Virus record (IMG/VR): IMGVR_UViG_3300020172_002676
Coordinates: 1 to 64,000 of that record
From: a virus
Length of the DNA: 64,000 nucleotides
Direction: 5' to 3' (one strand)
Numbering within the stretch: the first letter of the stretch is position 1; each line of letters opens with the position of its first letter. This document shows, piece after piece, positions 10,265-20,655 of the stretch. The notes below the pieces were generated by a model, which saw only the letters and a program-made list of their open reading frames with translations, ran no database searches and was not told the DNA's origin. Made by a program: the position numbers and the translations under genes.

Positions 10265-11086
10265 TTAAGGATTAACATATTCGTACCATTTTATGGGCAC
10301 CACAGCCCCAGCTCTTTGACCAAACGCATTATAAATGGGTTGATTTTGATTCATATTAAACACCTGATAATCATGTTTCTCATAATCTAACTTAACCCTA
10401 TAATAGAAATATTGTGTACTATCAAAAGAATATTTATTACCTGAAATAGATGATTGTGGCATGTTCATCATCTTAGTAAAATAACCACGTTTCGCATCGT
10501 AAAACTTTGCCGTCATAAAAAATGTACTAATATCCAAGAAGTTTCTTTTCTTTAACCAATAAATAAAAAACCCTTCTTTATCACCAACATAATCCAATAC
10601 AAAGTATGGTTTCTTAATAGTTACAGGAGTTCTTTGCATCACAGCATCCATTTTCAATCCCTGTTGTGTTGGAATAATTATTGTTATATAATTTGTTTGT
10701 CGTTTTTCATCAACATTATCATATAGGTCTAATTTAAAAAAAGAATTTGTAAAATTATTTGTGTAATAATAAATCTCTTGTGTTGTAAATCCTTCCATTT
10801 GATAGTTAGATTTCCAATTTGCGGCATTATTTAATGAACCTCCAGAATAAAAATTAAATTCATATTGTATATCAGTTGGATTTGTTATTCCTGTTAATGG
10901 GGCATGTGCAAATCTTGTAACTTCAAAATCCCTTCCAACCCCAATAACTTGTGTTATTATATCTTGTTCATACTCATCAATACTTTGGTCTAAACCTAAA
11001 TAATCCCAAGTAAGTTGTATTGGTATTGTAAGTTCTCGGTCGGTAGTTCCTCCCTTCACTATTTGTATTTTATTCACATCCATCAA
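10265..11086 (-). CDS. Hypothetical structural protein
   Basis: 273-aa ORF in a tightly packed baseplate operon. Confidence 0.6.
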   Translation of the reverse strand: MMDVNKIQIVKGGTTDRELTIPIQLTWDYLGLDQSIDEYEQDIITQVIGVGRDFEVTRFAHAPLTGITNPTDIQYEFNFYSGGSLNNAANWKSNYQMEGFTTQEIYYYTNNFTNSFFKLDLYDNVDEKRQTNYITIIIPTQQGLKMDAVMQRTPVTIKKPYFVLDYVGDKEGFFIYWLKKRNFLDISTFFMTAKFYDAKRGYFTKMMNMPQSSISGNKYSFDSTQYFYYRVKLDYEKHDYQVFNMNQNQPIYNAFGQRAGAVVPIKWYEYVNP

Positions 11087-12779
11087 TCAAAGGTTTTATT
11101 GAATATTTAACACCAAGAGTGTTATAGTTTATTCCTTCAGGTATCAATCTAAATTGAACTTCCTTAAAAGGATATTGGGCACTATTAATGAATGGATAAT
11201 CAACTCCTCTATCAAGATTGTCCTTGAACCCATAAGTATATATGTCTCTCCATCTGAATTGTTGGTCAGAATTTGAATAAAACGAATAACTTGGGACTTG
11301 ACCTATAAACGCAATATCACCAGTTTCAACATAATCAGAAAAAACTCTAATTGTCATTGGTGTATGTGGTTGATAATAATATCCTGAAGCGTTAGTTGGT
11401 GAAGTATTTGTTGTATGAAATATATTTTGATTATATTTCAATTTTTGATAGTATGGTGATACCACTCTTTCTAATTGTTCATAATCATTCCATTCACAAA
11501 AATCTCCATCTATCGTATCTCCTGACATTAAATTTTGGTTATAATAAAAAATATAATCCGTATTTCCTTGCTTTATGGTATAGTTGGATGTTTGTATCTT
11601 TGTGTTTGATTCTGTTTGAGTATCATCCCACCAAGAACTAATAGGTTTTGTTAAATTAAACTCCCACCCTTGTTTTAATCCAATACCATTATTTGGATTA
11701 TTAAAATATCCAGTATAACCTTTATTTATTATTGTTAAAAACAATTCACTAACAGGTCTTTTCTGATTATCAATCATCCCAACTAAATCTAAGTCATAAT
11801 TTACAGTAATATTATAAGAATTACTACTTGTTTTTTGAGAAACTCTTGTAAGATTATTTGGTGTTATTGAACTATATTCTAATTTTCTTTCCTCGTTAAA
11901 AATGTTTTTTTCAAATGCATTTTTTGTCATAATACAATCTTCAACATTTGTTAGAATTTTATGTTCTCTAACATAATATTTTGATTTTGTTTCCAATAAA
12001 TTATCAGGGTTAATAATTCGTTTAAAGGTACCCGTCCTATTATTCGCAAAAACATAATTTGCAGAAGTTCCAGTATAACCAACATTAAATAAATTAAAGA
12101 CATAAACATCACCACCTAAAGTGTCATTACCCAAAGAATAAACAGGAAATAATCTTGTGTTGTTATATGCAAACCCTGATGATAATTCAACATATTCTCC
12201 AACAGATAAACCGTGTGGTGCAACACATTGAAATGATATTATACCACTACCATTTTGAGTTGAATTTTTAATTGAAAATGGTATCCCTTCGGATGCTATC
12301 CAATTATGACTAGTGTTATTTAACGAATACGATAATATCTTATCATAATTATTTTTATAAGGATAACTAATATAATAGGTCCAATTGTAAGTATAAGCAC
12401 TTATTGCCTTATATTTTAAGTGTTGGTCACTCATATCAGGTCTATAAAAATCAAACTCATAATATTGTGGAAATCCGACCCAAGTATTATTTGACATTGA
12501 AATTATTGGGTCAACATAATATAACGTGTTTCTAAATGGAACATAATCTGTTGTACCTGTATATGTGTTAGCATATAAATAATTAATTTTAAATGTTGGT
12601 CTGAACACAGTACTCGCCTGTCTCTCGTCATCATAAACTTGAGCTAAACTAATTGTAGCACTCCTATCGTACTCCGTAATTTGTTGACTTTGTTGGTCTA
12701 ACGATATTGTAATATCTTGGTCAACGGATGGTGCCGACTTGTATTCTAAACTACTTGGTATGATTGTATACTTATTCAC
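11070..12779 (-). CDS. Hypothetical structural protein
   Basis: 569-aa ORF overlapping both neighbours; HGLSVGEYVEL beta motif. Confidence 0.6.
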   Translation of the reverse strand: MNKYTIIPSSLEYKSAPSVDQDITISLDQQSQQITEYDRSATISLAQVYDDERQASTVFRPTFKINYLYANTYTGTTDYVPFRNTLYYVDPIISMSNNTWVGFPQYYEFDFYRPDMSDQHLKYKAISAYTYNWTYYISYPYKNNYDKILSYSLNNTSHNWIASEGIPFSIKNSTQNGSGIISFQCVAPHGLSVGEYVELSSGFAYNNTRLFPVYSLGNDTLGGDVYVFNLFNVGYTGTSANYVFANNRTGTFKRIINPDNLLETKSKYYVREHKILTNVEDCIMTKNAFEKNIFNEERKLEYSSITPNNLTRVSQKTSSNSYNITVNYDLDLVGMIDNQKRPVSELFLTIINKGYTGYFNNPNNGIGLKQGWEFNLTKPISSWWDDTQTESNTKIQTSNYTIKQGNTDYIFYYNQNLMSGDTIDGDFCEWNDYEQLERVVSPYYQKLKYNQNIFHTTNTSPTNASGYYYQPHTPMTIRVFSDYVETGDIAFIGQVPSYSFYSNSDQQFRWRDIYTYGFKDNLDRGVDYPFINSAQYPFKEVQFRLIPEGINYNTLGVKYSIKPLIDGCE

Positions 12780-15700
12780 TTATTGAGTATTTTGTTTTGA
12801 ATTTATCTAAGGCACTTGCCCCCTTAACTGTACCGAAATAAAAATGGAACGGTGCTCCTACCATAAATTTTGATGGTGATTTTCCAATCGCACTAATGTA
12901 ATCACCATTTACATCCACATTAAAAATATACCCTCTAGCAATTAAATCATTTTCCATAGTTGGAGAATAAACATCAGGTGTAAAATAACTTGGGGTTTTA
13001 TCGTAAATCCTATCTAATGATTGATATGGTCTATTTTGAACAATGTCTGAACCACCTGTCGCCCAATTATTATCTTGAGTTCCAAAAATCGTACTATTTG
13101 TGGACTTTAAACTCCATTGATAAAATGGTACAACTTGTGATTTTATCCCATAGGGATATGGATACAGTTTGTTATTATTATTAACATTTCTAAAATCAAT
13201 TCTTCCTGGTGTTAAATAATCTTTAGTTTGTAAATTTTCTGTTGTTGATGAATACCACACAGCAATTGTTGGATTTTCAGGAGTTCCTATTATTTGAGCG
13301 GAAGTACCACTATAATATTCCGATGAAAATCCAATATTTCCAATTTCTGAATTTATTGACATTAACTGAGCCAAATCCGCGTCAACTCTTTTTCTAGCAT
13401 ATATATCAAAAAATCCACCACCACCTTTTGGTCCTCTTGAAAATAATTGTTGGATACTATTATCACCCAAACTAAGTATTTTTTGTAAAAAATTCTCATC
13501 GGTTATTCTTGATATAACAAAGAAATTAATAAGGTCGGAGGTATCACTATAACTTGTAGGGTTTAAATTTGGCATTATATATCCATTAGTTGAGGGGTCA
13601 AAAGTTATTTCACTATAGAAAGAATCTTTGATTCCCAAATTAATAATTGTTGTTGGAAACAATAAATTCCTATTGTTTACCGCCCCATCATCGGTTGCTT
13701 GTCTTCCAACGAATTTTTTAGTATCAACACTATACGGACTACTTCTATAATAAAAATTACTAGTTGGTTTATCAAAATAAATTACATCTGATTGATATTC
13801 GGATTGTGGTATATTTTGTTCATCATAAATTGTATTAACCTGAATTGGAAATGCATATAACGTCCCATTTATCCAATTATTAGTAAAAGATTGCGATAAC
13901 ACACCTCTACATAACCCATAAAAAAATCTAAATCTATATGTCCACTCCGAAAAGTTTTTTAAATCAGTTACCAAATCTGTTAATGGTTCATTCATAAAAA
14001 CATAACAACCCGCCTCAACATTATCGGAAGCATTACATCCAGGGTTAACCTCAAAACTATCCCCAAATCCTTGATAACAAGATAATCCAACCATACTTGT
14101 ACAGTTAAAAGTTCGTAAAGCATTATTTGATGCTGGTAATCCTGCGATATCCGCAGTAACAACTGATGCTCCAGTACTAGCACCTTCAACCCTCGCGTTA
14201 ACACCATCTTCACCGATTAAATATGTTTGAAATCCAAGATTTTGTTGTAGTAACGGTTGAGATGCCGCCCCTTCTTGTAAAAAATCTGATGATGGTAATC
14301 TATCTGTTCTCATAACATTAAGAGTACTATCATTAATTGTCATAGCAGTAAGAGGATTAAAAGGCGTAATTGGGTTGAGGTAAAGATAATTTAACGGAAA
14401 CACCTCAGAAATATATTTAGAATATCCTTTTAGTGTGTTATTTGTATCAGGCTGTAAAAAACCTCCCTTTTCATTTGGCGTAAGGTCAAAATCAATATAA
14501 ACACCAGCACCTGACACATCTTCTGATGAATCGTATTTAGCATTAGATTGTAATGGGTCATAAGTTTGATTATTAGATTTTGAAACTAAAACATTTACAC
14601 CTCCTAATTGGTTTGGTGGACTTCCAAAAAATGTGGGGCTAGGATTCACATTAATATCAAACTTACCATAATATCTAACTTGGTTAGTTGTGAATGATGA
14701 AAATTCTAATCCATCAATAGATGAACTAGTAACACCAGGTCTAAAAAAATGTGATGGTGTAAAAATAGAAGGTTGTCCTAATTGAAAATTTTGTACTGAT
14801 ATTCCACCATTTGGTAATGGTTGAATTGGTGTATTGATTCTTGTTTTTGCAGTAACTCTCACCTCATTGTTATCTGTAGACCCAAATAACTTACCAACAC
14901 CATATTCATTAATATATAATGGTGAATATGGGTCAACACCTCTTTGTAATATTGTAACATATTGTTCTTGGAATCCATCAAAATAATCACCATACCGAAA
15001 AGTCAATCCGAATGAATTCTCTTTATCTGGAGTGGCATCCGTATCTGTAAAATTTATACTAACATTCACATCACTATTTAATATTGATGGAAAACTTTGA
15101 GGGTCAGAACTAGGGTTATCAATAGAATTAAAAATCTTAAAATACTCTGTAATTGTTAATGCCGTTACTACTTGAAAATATTCAATATCTGAAGGATATA
15201 TGCTTCTTTGGCATGTTGCACCAACACTTACTAAAGTATAATCAGTATCACCATCTAATGTAGAAATATCAATACAGTCAGTATCTACAATATTAACAAT
15301 TAAGGGAGTTGTGGTAGGTTTTGTTATTGTTTTTTGTTCTCCAAAACAAGTGGTGTATGTAAAAGTGGTGGTTTCAGTAATTCTAACAGTTAAACTATCA
15401 ACACATTGTGCCTCTCCATCACCAACAGAACCACTACCTAAATCATATATAACACTTGATTGTGTCGTCTGTCCAAGAGGACTGGCATAGTTAACGGTTA
15501 TATTACCTTTTTTTGGTATTAAAGCAGTACCTCGTATTCCTTTAACAACACCACTTAACTTAGTTTGTCCTGTCCATAAATAATTAATATCTTTACTATT
15601 TTGAGGGTTAACAAATGTTAATAATTGTCCCGCATCATATTTTTCACCATAAACAATCGTTAACGTATTATCCGTATGAACTTTACTACCAGTAACATCT

Positions 15701-17943
15701 CCGTTAGATGGTGTATCAAAAGTAACATTAATTTGATTAACCCCATCAAAATATTTCTTACGAGTATTAAACACATTAATTCTTTCACCCAACGGAAGTT
15801 GTGTTGAATAACACATAAGCTTGTCATAGTCAGCATCTATTCCATACCTATTAGATTTAGTTGATTTAAATGTATCGTCTTTATCTATTGGTGAATTTCT
15901 GGTTCCAATTGCCTCACTAACCGCAAGACTCGTAACTGACTTTCGGGTGTCATCATTTAATATTGTGTATGTGCCGTTAGCCAAATAAGCATTAGATAGT
16001 ATTTTTTCATAATATAAACCACTATTACTAAATTGTGTTAGTGTAGAACTTGGAGGTGATGATACTGTGTTTTGTTGCATACTTTCAGGTATACAATCAC
16101 ACGCCTGACAATCAGGATAAGTCATCATTGATAGTTTAAATCTTGCAAATTTATAACTAACAATTTTTCTAAAATTAATAAGTAAAAATAATGCCCCTAA
16201 AGTATATAATACCGCTTGAGCAGCAAATCCAAAAATCATTCCTGCCGTTGCCCCAAACGCCGCAGTACCCGCAATAGCCCCAATAAATAAAGACCAATAG
16301 TTAAATGCGTTATACCCAAAAAGACCTATTAAATAAATAAGAAGAAGTACCGCAAAATTATTCCATAAGAATGCAACAAGATGATAAACAATTAGTAATA
16401 TAGGTCCAACTATTGATAATATTTGAAACAGAATTGAGAACAAAAAGAATAACCAATCAAAGTTTCTTACACCTTCGTTTACAGGAAATTTATTTACACC
16501 ACTGGCACACGAATTATCACCAATTTCTTTTATACCTATAAACTGACCTTTACCACCCTTTTTATATTCATCAATTAATGATGCAACAGTATAAACTTTA
16601 TTAAAATTAAACTCATAAAATGTGTCTTCACAATTTATAACTTCATTTAACCTATTATAATATTGAGTCGTAATAGTAAACCCGCTCGTATACCCACTCC
16701 AATCCAACCCAAAATAATATGAACTACCAATTTTATCCCCATCATATTCTTTAACATTTGGTACTAAATAATAGGCACGTCTAACTTGTTCTGTCAATGA
16801 TGCTGGTTGTTGCCATTTAATTTTAAATCTGTATTTTCCCTTGGTTGGAATACCAATTGTAGGGTCATTAGATAATACTTTTTCACCAAATTCGTTAGTA
16901 ATGAAATAATCCAAATTCATTGGTAATTCTGTTAACCACGTTCCATCACCATCAATTACATTACCCGATTGTTCCATTTGGTATACTTCTAAGACAGGAT
17001 TTCCATCACTATCTTGGTCTATAGTTTGTCTTATGGCAAGAATTTGTCCTGGTCCTGAAATTAATTCACATAAATTACCCAAATTATCATCAGGTTTACC
17101 ACCAAACTCAATCCCAAAAAACTCAGACACTGGTGTTATCCTCATTTCATCAGGACTACTAAACATTGACCCCATAAAAACAGAGGTTGGTTGTATATTA
17201 ATATTGGCATTATCTCTTAAATCAAAATCAATTCTATTGATAGAAACATCACAAATATCTTGTTCACCCCATAGAGGTGAGATTTCTAACGCTTTGGTTA
17301 GTGTAATAATTTGAGGTAATGAATTTAAATCCGTTGAGGTTTTAAACCTGTTACCCGCAACTTGACCTTCAGTGGCCAAACCCATTCTAATTAAATCTTG
17401 AGGTGTTAAAGAAAATTCTCCGATGTCGGATAAATCAACATCCATGACTAATGTTTGGTATCCCAAAGGAACACCCATTATCATATAATCACCACTTTCA
17501 TTTGTTTTTGCAGTAAACTTATAGTACTTGTCGTAGATTTCAATTGCAGTTGTCCCAGTTAAAACATCTAATCTTGTGGGTAATGTACCTGTCGCTGCGT
17601 GAGTAGAATATGATTTCTCATAAGGTAATAAATTATAACGATACCCATCTTCATTCTTATCTGATAGAGATTTGTAGGGATATATACTTGTTATTAAAGG
17701 ATTTGATTCATCAACACTATCTATCGGTATGAACACAGCAACCCTAGCATTCGGTAATCCAAAACCATTATTTGCGGTAACTCTACCAACAACAACACCA
17801 TAGTCAGAACAACTTCTTGTGTAAATGTCCGCCTGTTGGATTTTTAAAGATAAAATCTCCAAAAACTCAAACTCTTGGTCTAGTTGTACATCAATTGATT
17901 TGTTAATCCCTAACTCAGTCCTTATTCTATATGATTGACCCAT
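12772..17943 (-). CDS. Large baseplate-region protein with N-terminal carboxypeptidase-regulatory-like fold and internal hydrophobic (transmembrane-like) segment
   Basis: 1723 aa; YGVVVGRVTANNGFGLPNARVAVF at the N-terminus; about 95-aa hydrophobic tract WLFFLFSILF...LGALFLLINF. Confidence 0.65.
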   Translation of the reverse strand: MGQSYRIRTELGINKSIDVQLDQEFEFLEILSLKIQQADIYTRSCSDYGVVVGRVTANNGFGLPNARVAVFIPIDSVDESNPLITSIYPYKSLSDKNEDGYRYNLLPYEKSYSTHAATGTLPTRLDVLTGTTAIEIYDKYYKFTAKTNESGDYMIMGVPLGYQTLVMDVDLSDIGEFSLTPQDLIRMGLATEGQVAGNRFKTSTDLNSLPQIITLTKALEISPLWGEQDICDVSINRIDFDLRDNANINIQPTSVFMGSMFSSPDEMRITPVSEFFGIEFGGKPDDNLGNLCELISGPGQILAIRQTIDQDSDGNPVLEVYQMEQSGNVIDGDGTWLTELPMNLDYFITNEFGEKVLSNDPTIGIPTKGKYRFKIKWQQPASLTEQVRRAYYLVPNVKEYDGDKIGSSYYFGLDWSGYTSGFTITTQYYNRLNEVINCEDTFYEFNFNKVYTVASLIDEYKKGGKGQFIGIKEIGDNSCASGVNKFPVNEGVRNFDWLFFLFSILFQILSIVGPILLIVYHLVAFLWNNFAVLLLIYLIGLFGYNAFNYWSLFIGAIAGTAAFGATAGMIFGFAAQAVLYTLGALFLLINFRKIVSYKFARFKLSMMTYPDCQACDCIPESMQQNTVSSPPSSTLTQFSNSGLYYEKILSNAYLANGTYTILNDDTRKSVTSLAVSEAIGTRNSPIDKDDTFKSTKSNRYGIDADYDKLMCYSTQLPLGERINVFNTRKKYFDGVNQINVTFDTPSNGDVTGSKVHTDNTLTIVYGEKYDAGQLLTFVNPQNSKDINYLWTGQTKLSGVVKGIRGTALIPKKGNITVNYASPLGQTTQSSVIYDLGSGSVGDGEAQCVDSLTVRITETTTFTYTTCFGEQKTITKPTTTPLIVNIVDTDCIDISTLDGDTDYTLVSVGATCQRSIYPSDIEYFQVVTALTITEYFKIFNSIDNPSSDPQSFPSILNSDVNVSINFTDTDATPDKENSFGLTFRYGDYFDGFQEQYVTILQRGVDPYSPLYINEYGVGKLFGSTDNNEVRVTAKTRINTPIQPLPNGGISVQNFQLGQPSIFTPSHFFRPGVTSSSIDGLEFSSFTTNQVRYYGKFDINVNPSPTFFGSPPNQLGGVNVLVSKSNNQTYDPLQSNAKYDSSEDVSGAGVYIDFDLTPNEKGGFLQPDTNNTLKGYSKYISEVFPLNYLYLNPITPFNPLTAMTINDSTLNVMRTDRLPSSDFLQEGAASQPLLQQNLGFQTYLIGEDGVNARVEGASTGASVVTADIAGLPASNNALRTFNCTSMVGLSCYQGFGDSFEVNPGCNASDNVEAGCYVFMNEPLTDLVTDLKNFSEWTYRFRFFYGLCRGVLSQSFTNNWINGTLYAFPIQVNTIYDEQNIPQSEYQSDVIYFDKPTSNFYYRSSPYSVDTKKFVGRQATDDGAVNNRNLLFPTTIINLGIKDSFYSEITFDPSTNGYIMPNLNPTSYSDTSDLINFFVISRITDENFLQKILSLGDNSIQQLFSRGPKGGGGFFDIYARKRVDADLAQLMSINSEIGNIGFSSEYYSGTSAQIIGTPENPTIAVWYSSTTENLQTKDYLTPGRIDFRNVNNNNKLYPYPYGIKSQVVPFYQWSLKSTNSTIFGTQDNNWATGGSDIVQNRPYQSLDRIYDKTPSYFTPDVYSPTMENDLIARGYIFNVDVNGDYISAIGKSPSKFMVGAPFHFYFGTVKGASALDKFKTKYSISE

Positions 17944-18037
17944 TAATTTCCTTTAGTTAATAAATAGTTTATGCGTAATTTTTAAAGTTAAAAGCATACA
18001 ACTAAATGATAATCTAATTAAAAAATAAATAAACTTG

Positions 18038-19876
18038 TTATGTGAAAGTAATAGATTGGAAATTTTTAACTGAAACTCTGATGTCTTTACCAGGATATCT
18101 GATTTGATAAACTTGTGATGGTTGTGCAAATATTGTATCATCAACAGGTCCAATAAGTTTTGTTTCAGGGTTGGAATATTCCATTGATGTTTCCGCTGAT
18201 GAGTATTGTCCACCAACCTGATTATAAACATCTAAACCTGATACCGTTAACACACCATTTGTATTTTGAATTAAACTTCTAATCTCTGAAAGATATATGT
18301 TTTGCCCTAATTGTCTTATTTGTGGATTTAAGTATGTAGATATTTTATCAATAACACTTGAAATAACCTGCCCTGAATTTTGAGCAGAATCTAACACAAT
18401 AGATACATCCATACTCAAATCAATAACTTCTGCTGTGAATATTGAAATATAATCATTCATCATCCTATAGTTAGATAAATAATTTGCAATATTTTGTCTT
18501 AAAGTATTTGAAACAAGATTAGTTAACTTACCTGAAGTATCGTAAGATAATATTTGAATTAATATTTTATTATCGTTTTCTGTGATTGAAACTTTTGCTG
18601 GTGCACCAAATTGTGCTGGCATATTTCTTATTAAAGATTCATAATCTTGAACTGTTACCGCTCTTTTTTGTGCCGCAAAATTAAATGACACATAATTTCT
18701 AATTTCTTCTAATGAAGGAATTCCTGCCCCACCAACAGCAGCAACTGTATTAACACATCTTAAAGAATTAACTACTGATGAGTTAGTTGTTTCAGATGGA
18801 CCATTAACATAAAATGAAACAGTACCAATTTGGTTGATTACATTTGTACCTAAATTTGTTGCCAAACCACCACCAACTCTATATTGAATAAATAATGTTG
18901 TGTTTGGTGCCAATGTTGACCCTAATGAAAAGTTATTTGAATATTTTTGTAATTCTAATGTTGTCCCTAAAGTGGTGAATTGATTCAATTGGTCTTGAGC
19001 GGTATTTGTACCACCACCAAATGTCATCTTCTTAAATCCTTCAGGTGTATATTCAGTAATGAATCTACTTTGTGTTTGAATATATTTACCAACTTTAATA
19101 CCAGGTTGGTCTGAAACTTTTGTTGGGTCTTCAATAAAAACCCTATCTTCGGCTAAAGCATCAACTTCATACCATCTATTATCTAAACCTAAAAACTCTG
19201 CAGTTGTTGGAGTATTGGTATATTCTGTACCATTTTTTAATAATACACTTGTAATACCTAACACATTCTTTTCAGGTAAAAATAATTCAAAGAATGGCTT
19301 AACATCATTCGCACCAATAACTCTTTTGAATACCTTTGTAATACCATTAACAACAACTTCTCTTTTTGTAATTGTATAATTGATTAGAACATTGTTAGCG
19401 TTAAAGTTTGGAATCTTTAATCTATTCGGGAAACCTTGAGCGTTGTATGGTGAAGCAAAATCAATATCATAAACATTTTCAAAAACAATACCCGCACCAA
19501 CCACTTGTGAACCTCTTTGTAATGTTCCAAGATATCTTTCATCTTCCTTATCACCAAACGCAGGAACCGTGATTGAAAAATCAACCAACGAAACCGATGG
19601 TCTTTGTCCTGGTAATTTTAACCCATAAGTTCTTGCAATGTTATAAATTGACGACCTTTGTTGTGCATATTGTAATACGGTTTCCTGTATACTTCTGTCA
19701 ATATTATAATTTAAATTATCTGCAACCGCAGCGTTTAAATCAAGAAACACAGAGAATACTGATGCGTCATTAAAATCCTGAATTAACTCAGGATAGTAAG
19801 TCCTTACATAATTTAATAATTCAGTTCTTATTCCCTGAAAATCCCTTACGGTATACGATATTTTATTATTTGCCAT
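18038..19876 (-). CDS. Baseplate wedge subunit (T4 gp6 / baseplate J-like)
   Basis: 612 aa; RDFQGIRTEL, ETVLQYAQQRSSIYNIARTYG, YRVGGG, AQKRAVTVQDYE motifs. Confidence 0.9.
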   Translation of the reverse strand: MANNKISYTVRDFQGIRTELLNYVRTYYPELIQDFNDASVFSVFLDLNAAVADNLNYNIDRSIQETVLQYAQQRSSIYNIARTYGLKLPGQRPSVSLVDFSITVPAFGDKEDERYLGTLQRGSQVVGAGIVFENVYDIDFASPYNAQGFPNRLKIPNFNANNVLINYTITKREVVVNGITKVFKRVIGANDVKPFFELFLPEKNVLGITSVLLKNGTEYTNTPTTAEFLGLDNRWYEVDALAEDRVFIEDPTKVSDQPGIKVGKYIQTQSRFITEYTPEGFKKMTFGGGTNTAQDQLNQFTTLGTTLELQKYSNNFSLGSTLAPNTTLFIQYRVGGGLATNLGTNVINQIGTVSFYVNGPSETTNSSVVNSLRCVNTVAAVGGAGIPSLEEIRNYVSFNFAAQKRAVTVQDYESLIRNMPAQFGAPAKVSITENDNKILIQILSYDTSGKLTNLVSNTLRQNIANYLSNYRMMNDYISIFTAEVIDLSMDVSIVLDSAQNSGQVISSVIDKISTYLNPQIRQLGQNIYLSEIRSLIQNTNGVLTVSGLDVYNQVGGQYSSAETSMEYSNPETKLIGPVDDTIFAQPSQVYQIRYPGKDIRVSVKNFQSITFT

Positions 19877-19881
19877 TTCTA

Positions 19882-20352
19882 TTAAATATTGATAATTACA
19901 AAATCACTCTGAGCAAAAGTTGTACCATTTGTAGAATAATCTAATCTTATTTTTGCAGTATATTCTGATGTTCCCTTACCAGGAAATCTATAAACTGATG
20001 ATTCACTTGTTCCTAACGAATTCTGTCCTGTCGCTATGTCAACCTCTTCTTGTGGGTCTGCTGGTGTTATACTCAAACTATTAACCAATAAGTTCGGCAT
20101 AAAATTTTCAATGGCATCCCTAATATCAGATTCAATAGCATTAAATGTTAAACCATCAAATGGTTCAAAAAGAAATTCATATAATCTTGTACCAAATTGT
20201 GGTAAAAAATATCTTGAGCCCTTCCTAGTTAAAAGCAAATGTATTAAGTCAGCCTTAATTTCCTGTGCTTGAAATTCGGTTAACTCTAAGTAATCCCCTC
20301 TTCTAGAATCTCTAAAAGGAAAATTTAATCCATATGTCGTACCATTAGCCAT
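19882..20352 (-). CDS. Baseplate wedge / sheath initiator (T4 gp25-like)
   Basis: IKADLIHLLLTRKGSRYFLPQFGTRLYEFLFEP is the gp25/gpW signature. Start moved to MANGTTYG (20352), which has the promoter motif just upstream. Confidence 0.9.
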   Translation of the reverse strand: MANGTTYGLNFPFRDSRRGDYLELTEFQAQEIKADLIHLLLTRKGSRYFLPQFGTRLYEFLFEPFDGLTFNAIESDIRDAIENFMPNLLVNSLSITPADPQEEVDIATGQNSLGTSESSVYRFPGKGTSEYTAKIRLDYSTNGTTFAQSDFVIINI

Positions 20353-20369
20353 TGTTAATAAATATAGTG

Positions 20370-20585
20370 TTATTCTTTTTTTAGTGTAGTGCACCCTTTT
20401 TCATATTTGGGTTCATACGCACAATGTCTACATTTATTTCCACAACAACTACCTCGTTTCGCATGGTGATGTTCTGTCATTATCATTTTTCCATCTTCCC
20501 AATAAAAGTCAGTTGGGTTATCTTTAGATTTAATCATTTTTTTTATGTGTTCTTGGAATATCCAATCTTCAGAATTTCTTATCAT
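20370..20585 (-). CDS. Small Cys-rich protein (DUF5522-like)
   Basis: RGSCCGNKCRHCAY motif. Confidence 0.75.
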   Translation of the reverse strand: MIRNSEDWIFQEHIKKMIKSKDNPTDFYWEDGKMIMTEHHHAKRGSCCGNKCRHCAYEPKYEKGCTTLKKE

Positions 20586-20599
20586 AGTATTATATAAAT

Positions 20600-20638
20600 A
20601 AAAAAGGAATATGTAAAAAATACATATTCCTTTTTTTT
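20600..20638. terminator. Bidirectional intrinsic terminator downstream of nrdJ
   Basis: Stem ggaatatgta (20606-20615) / tacatattcc (20621-20630), flanked by an A run and a T run. Confidence 0.8.
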
Positions 20639-20655
20639 ATTTTTGATTGAGTTTA

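Noticed and set aside
17953-18231. Short overlapping or antisense ORF-track entries (also 973, 23265, 26461, 27645, 27707, 58586, 60734 and similar)
   Set aside because: They shadow well-supported genes and show no recognisable motifs.
20353-20394. Longer N-terminus of the gp25-like gene given in the ORF track
   Set aside because: It overlaps the DUF5522 gene and spans the promoter motif; ATG 20352 fits better.
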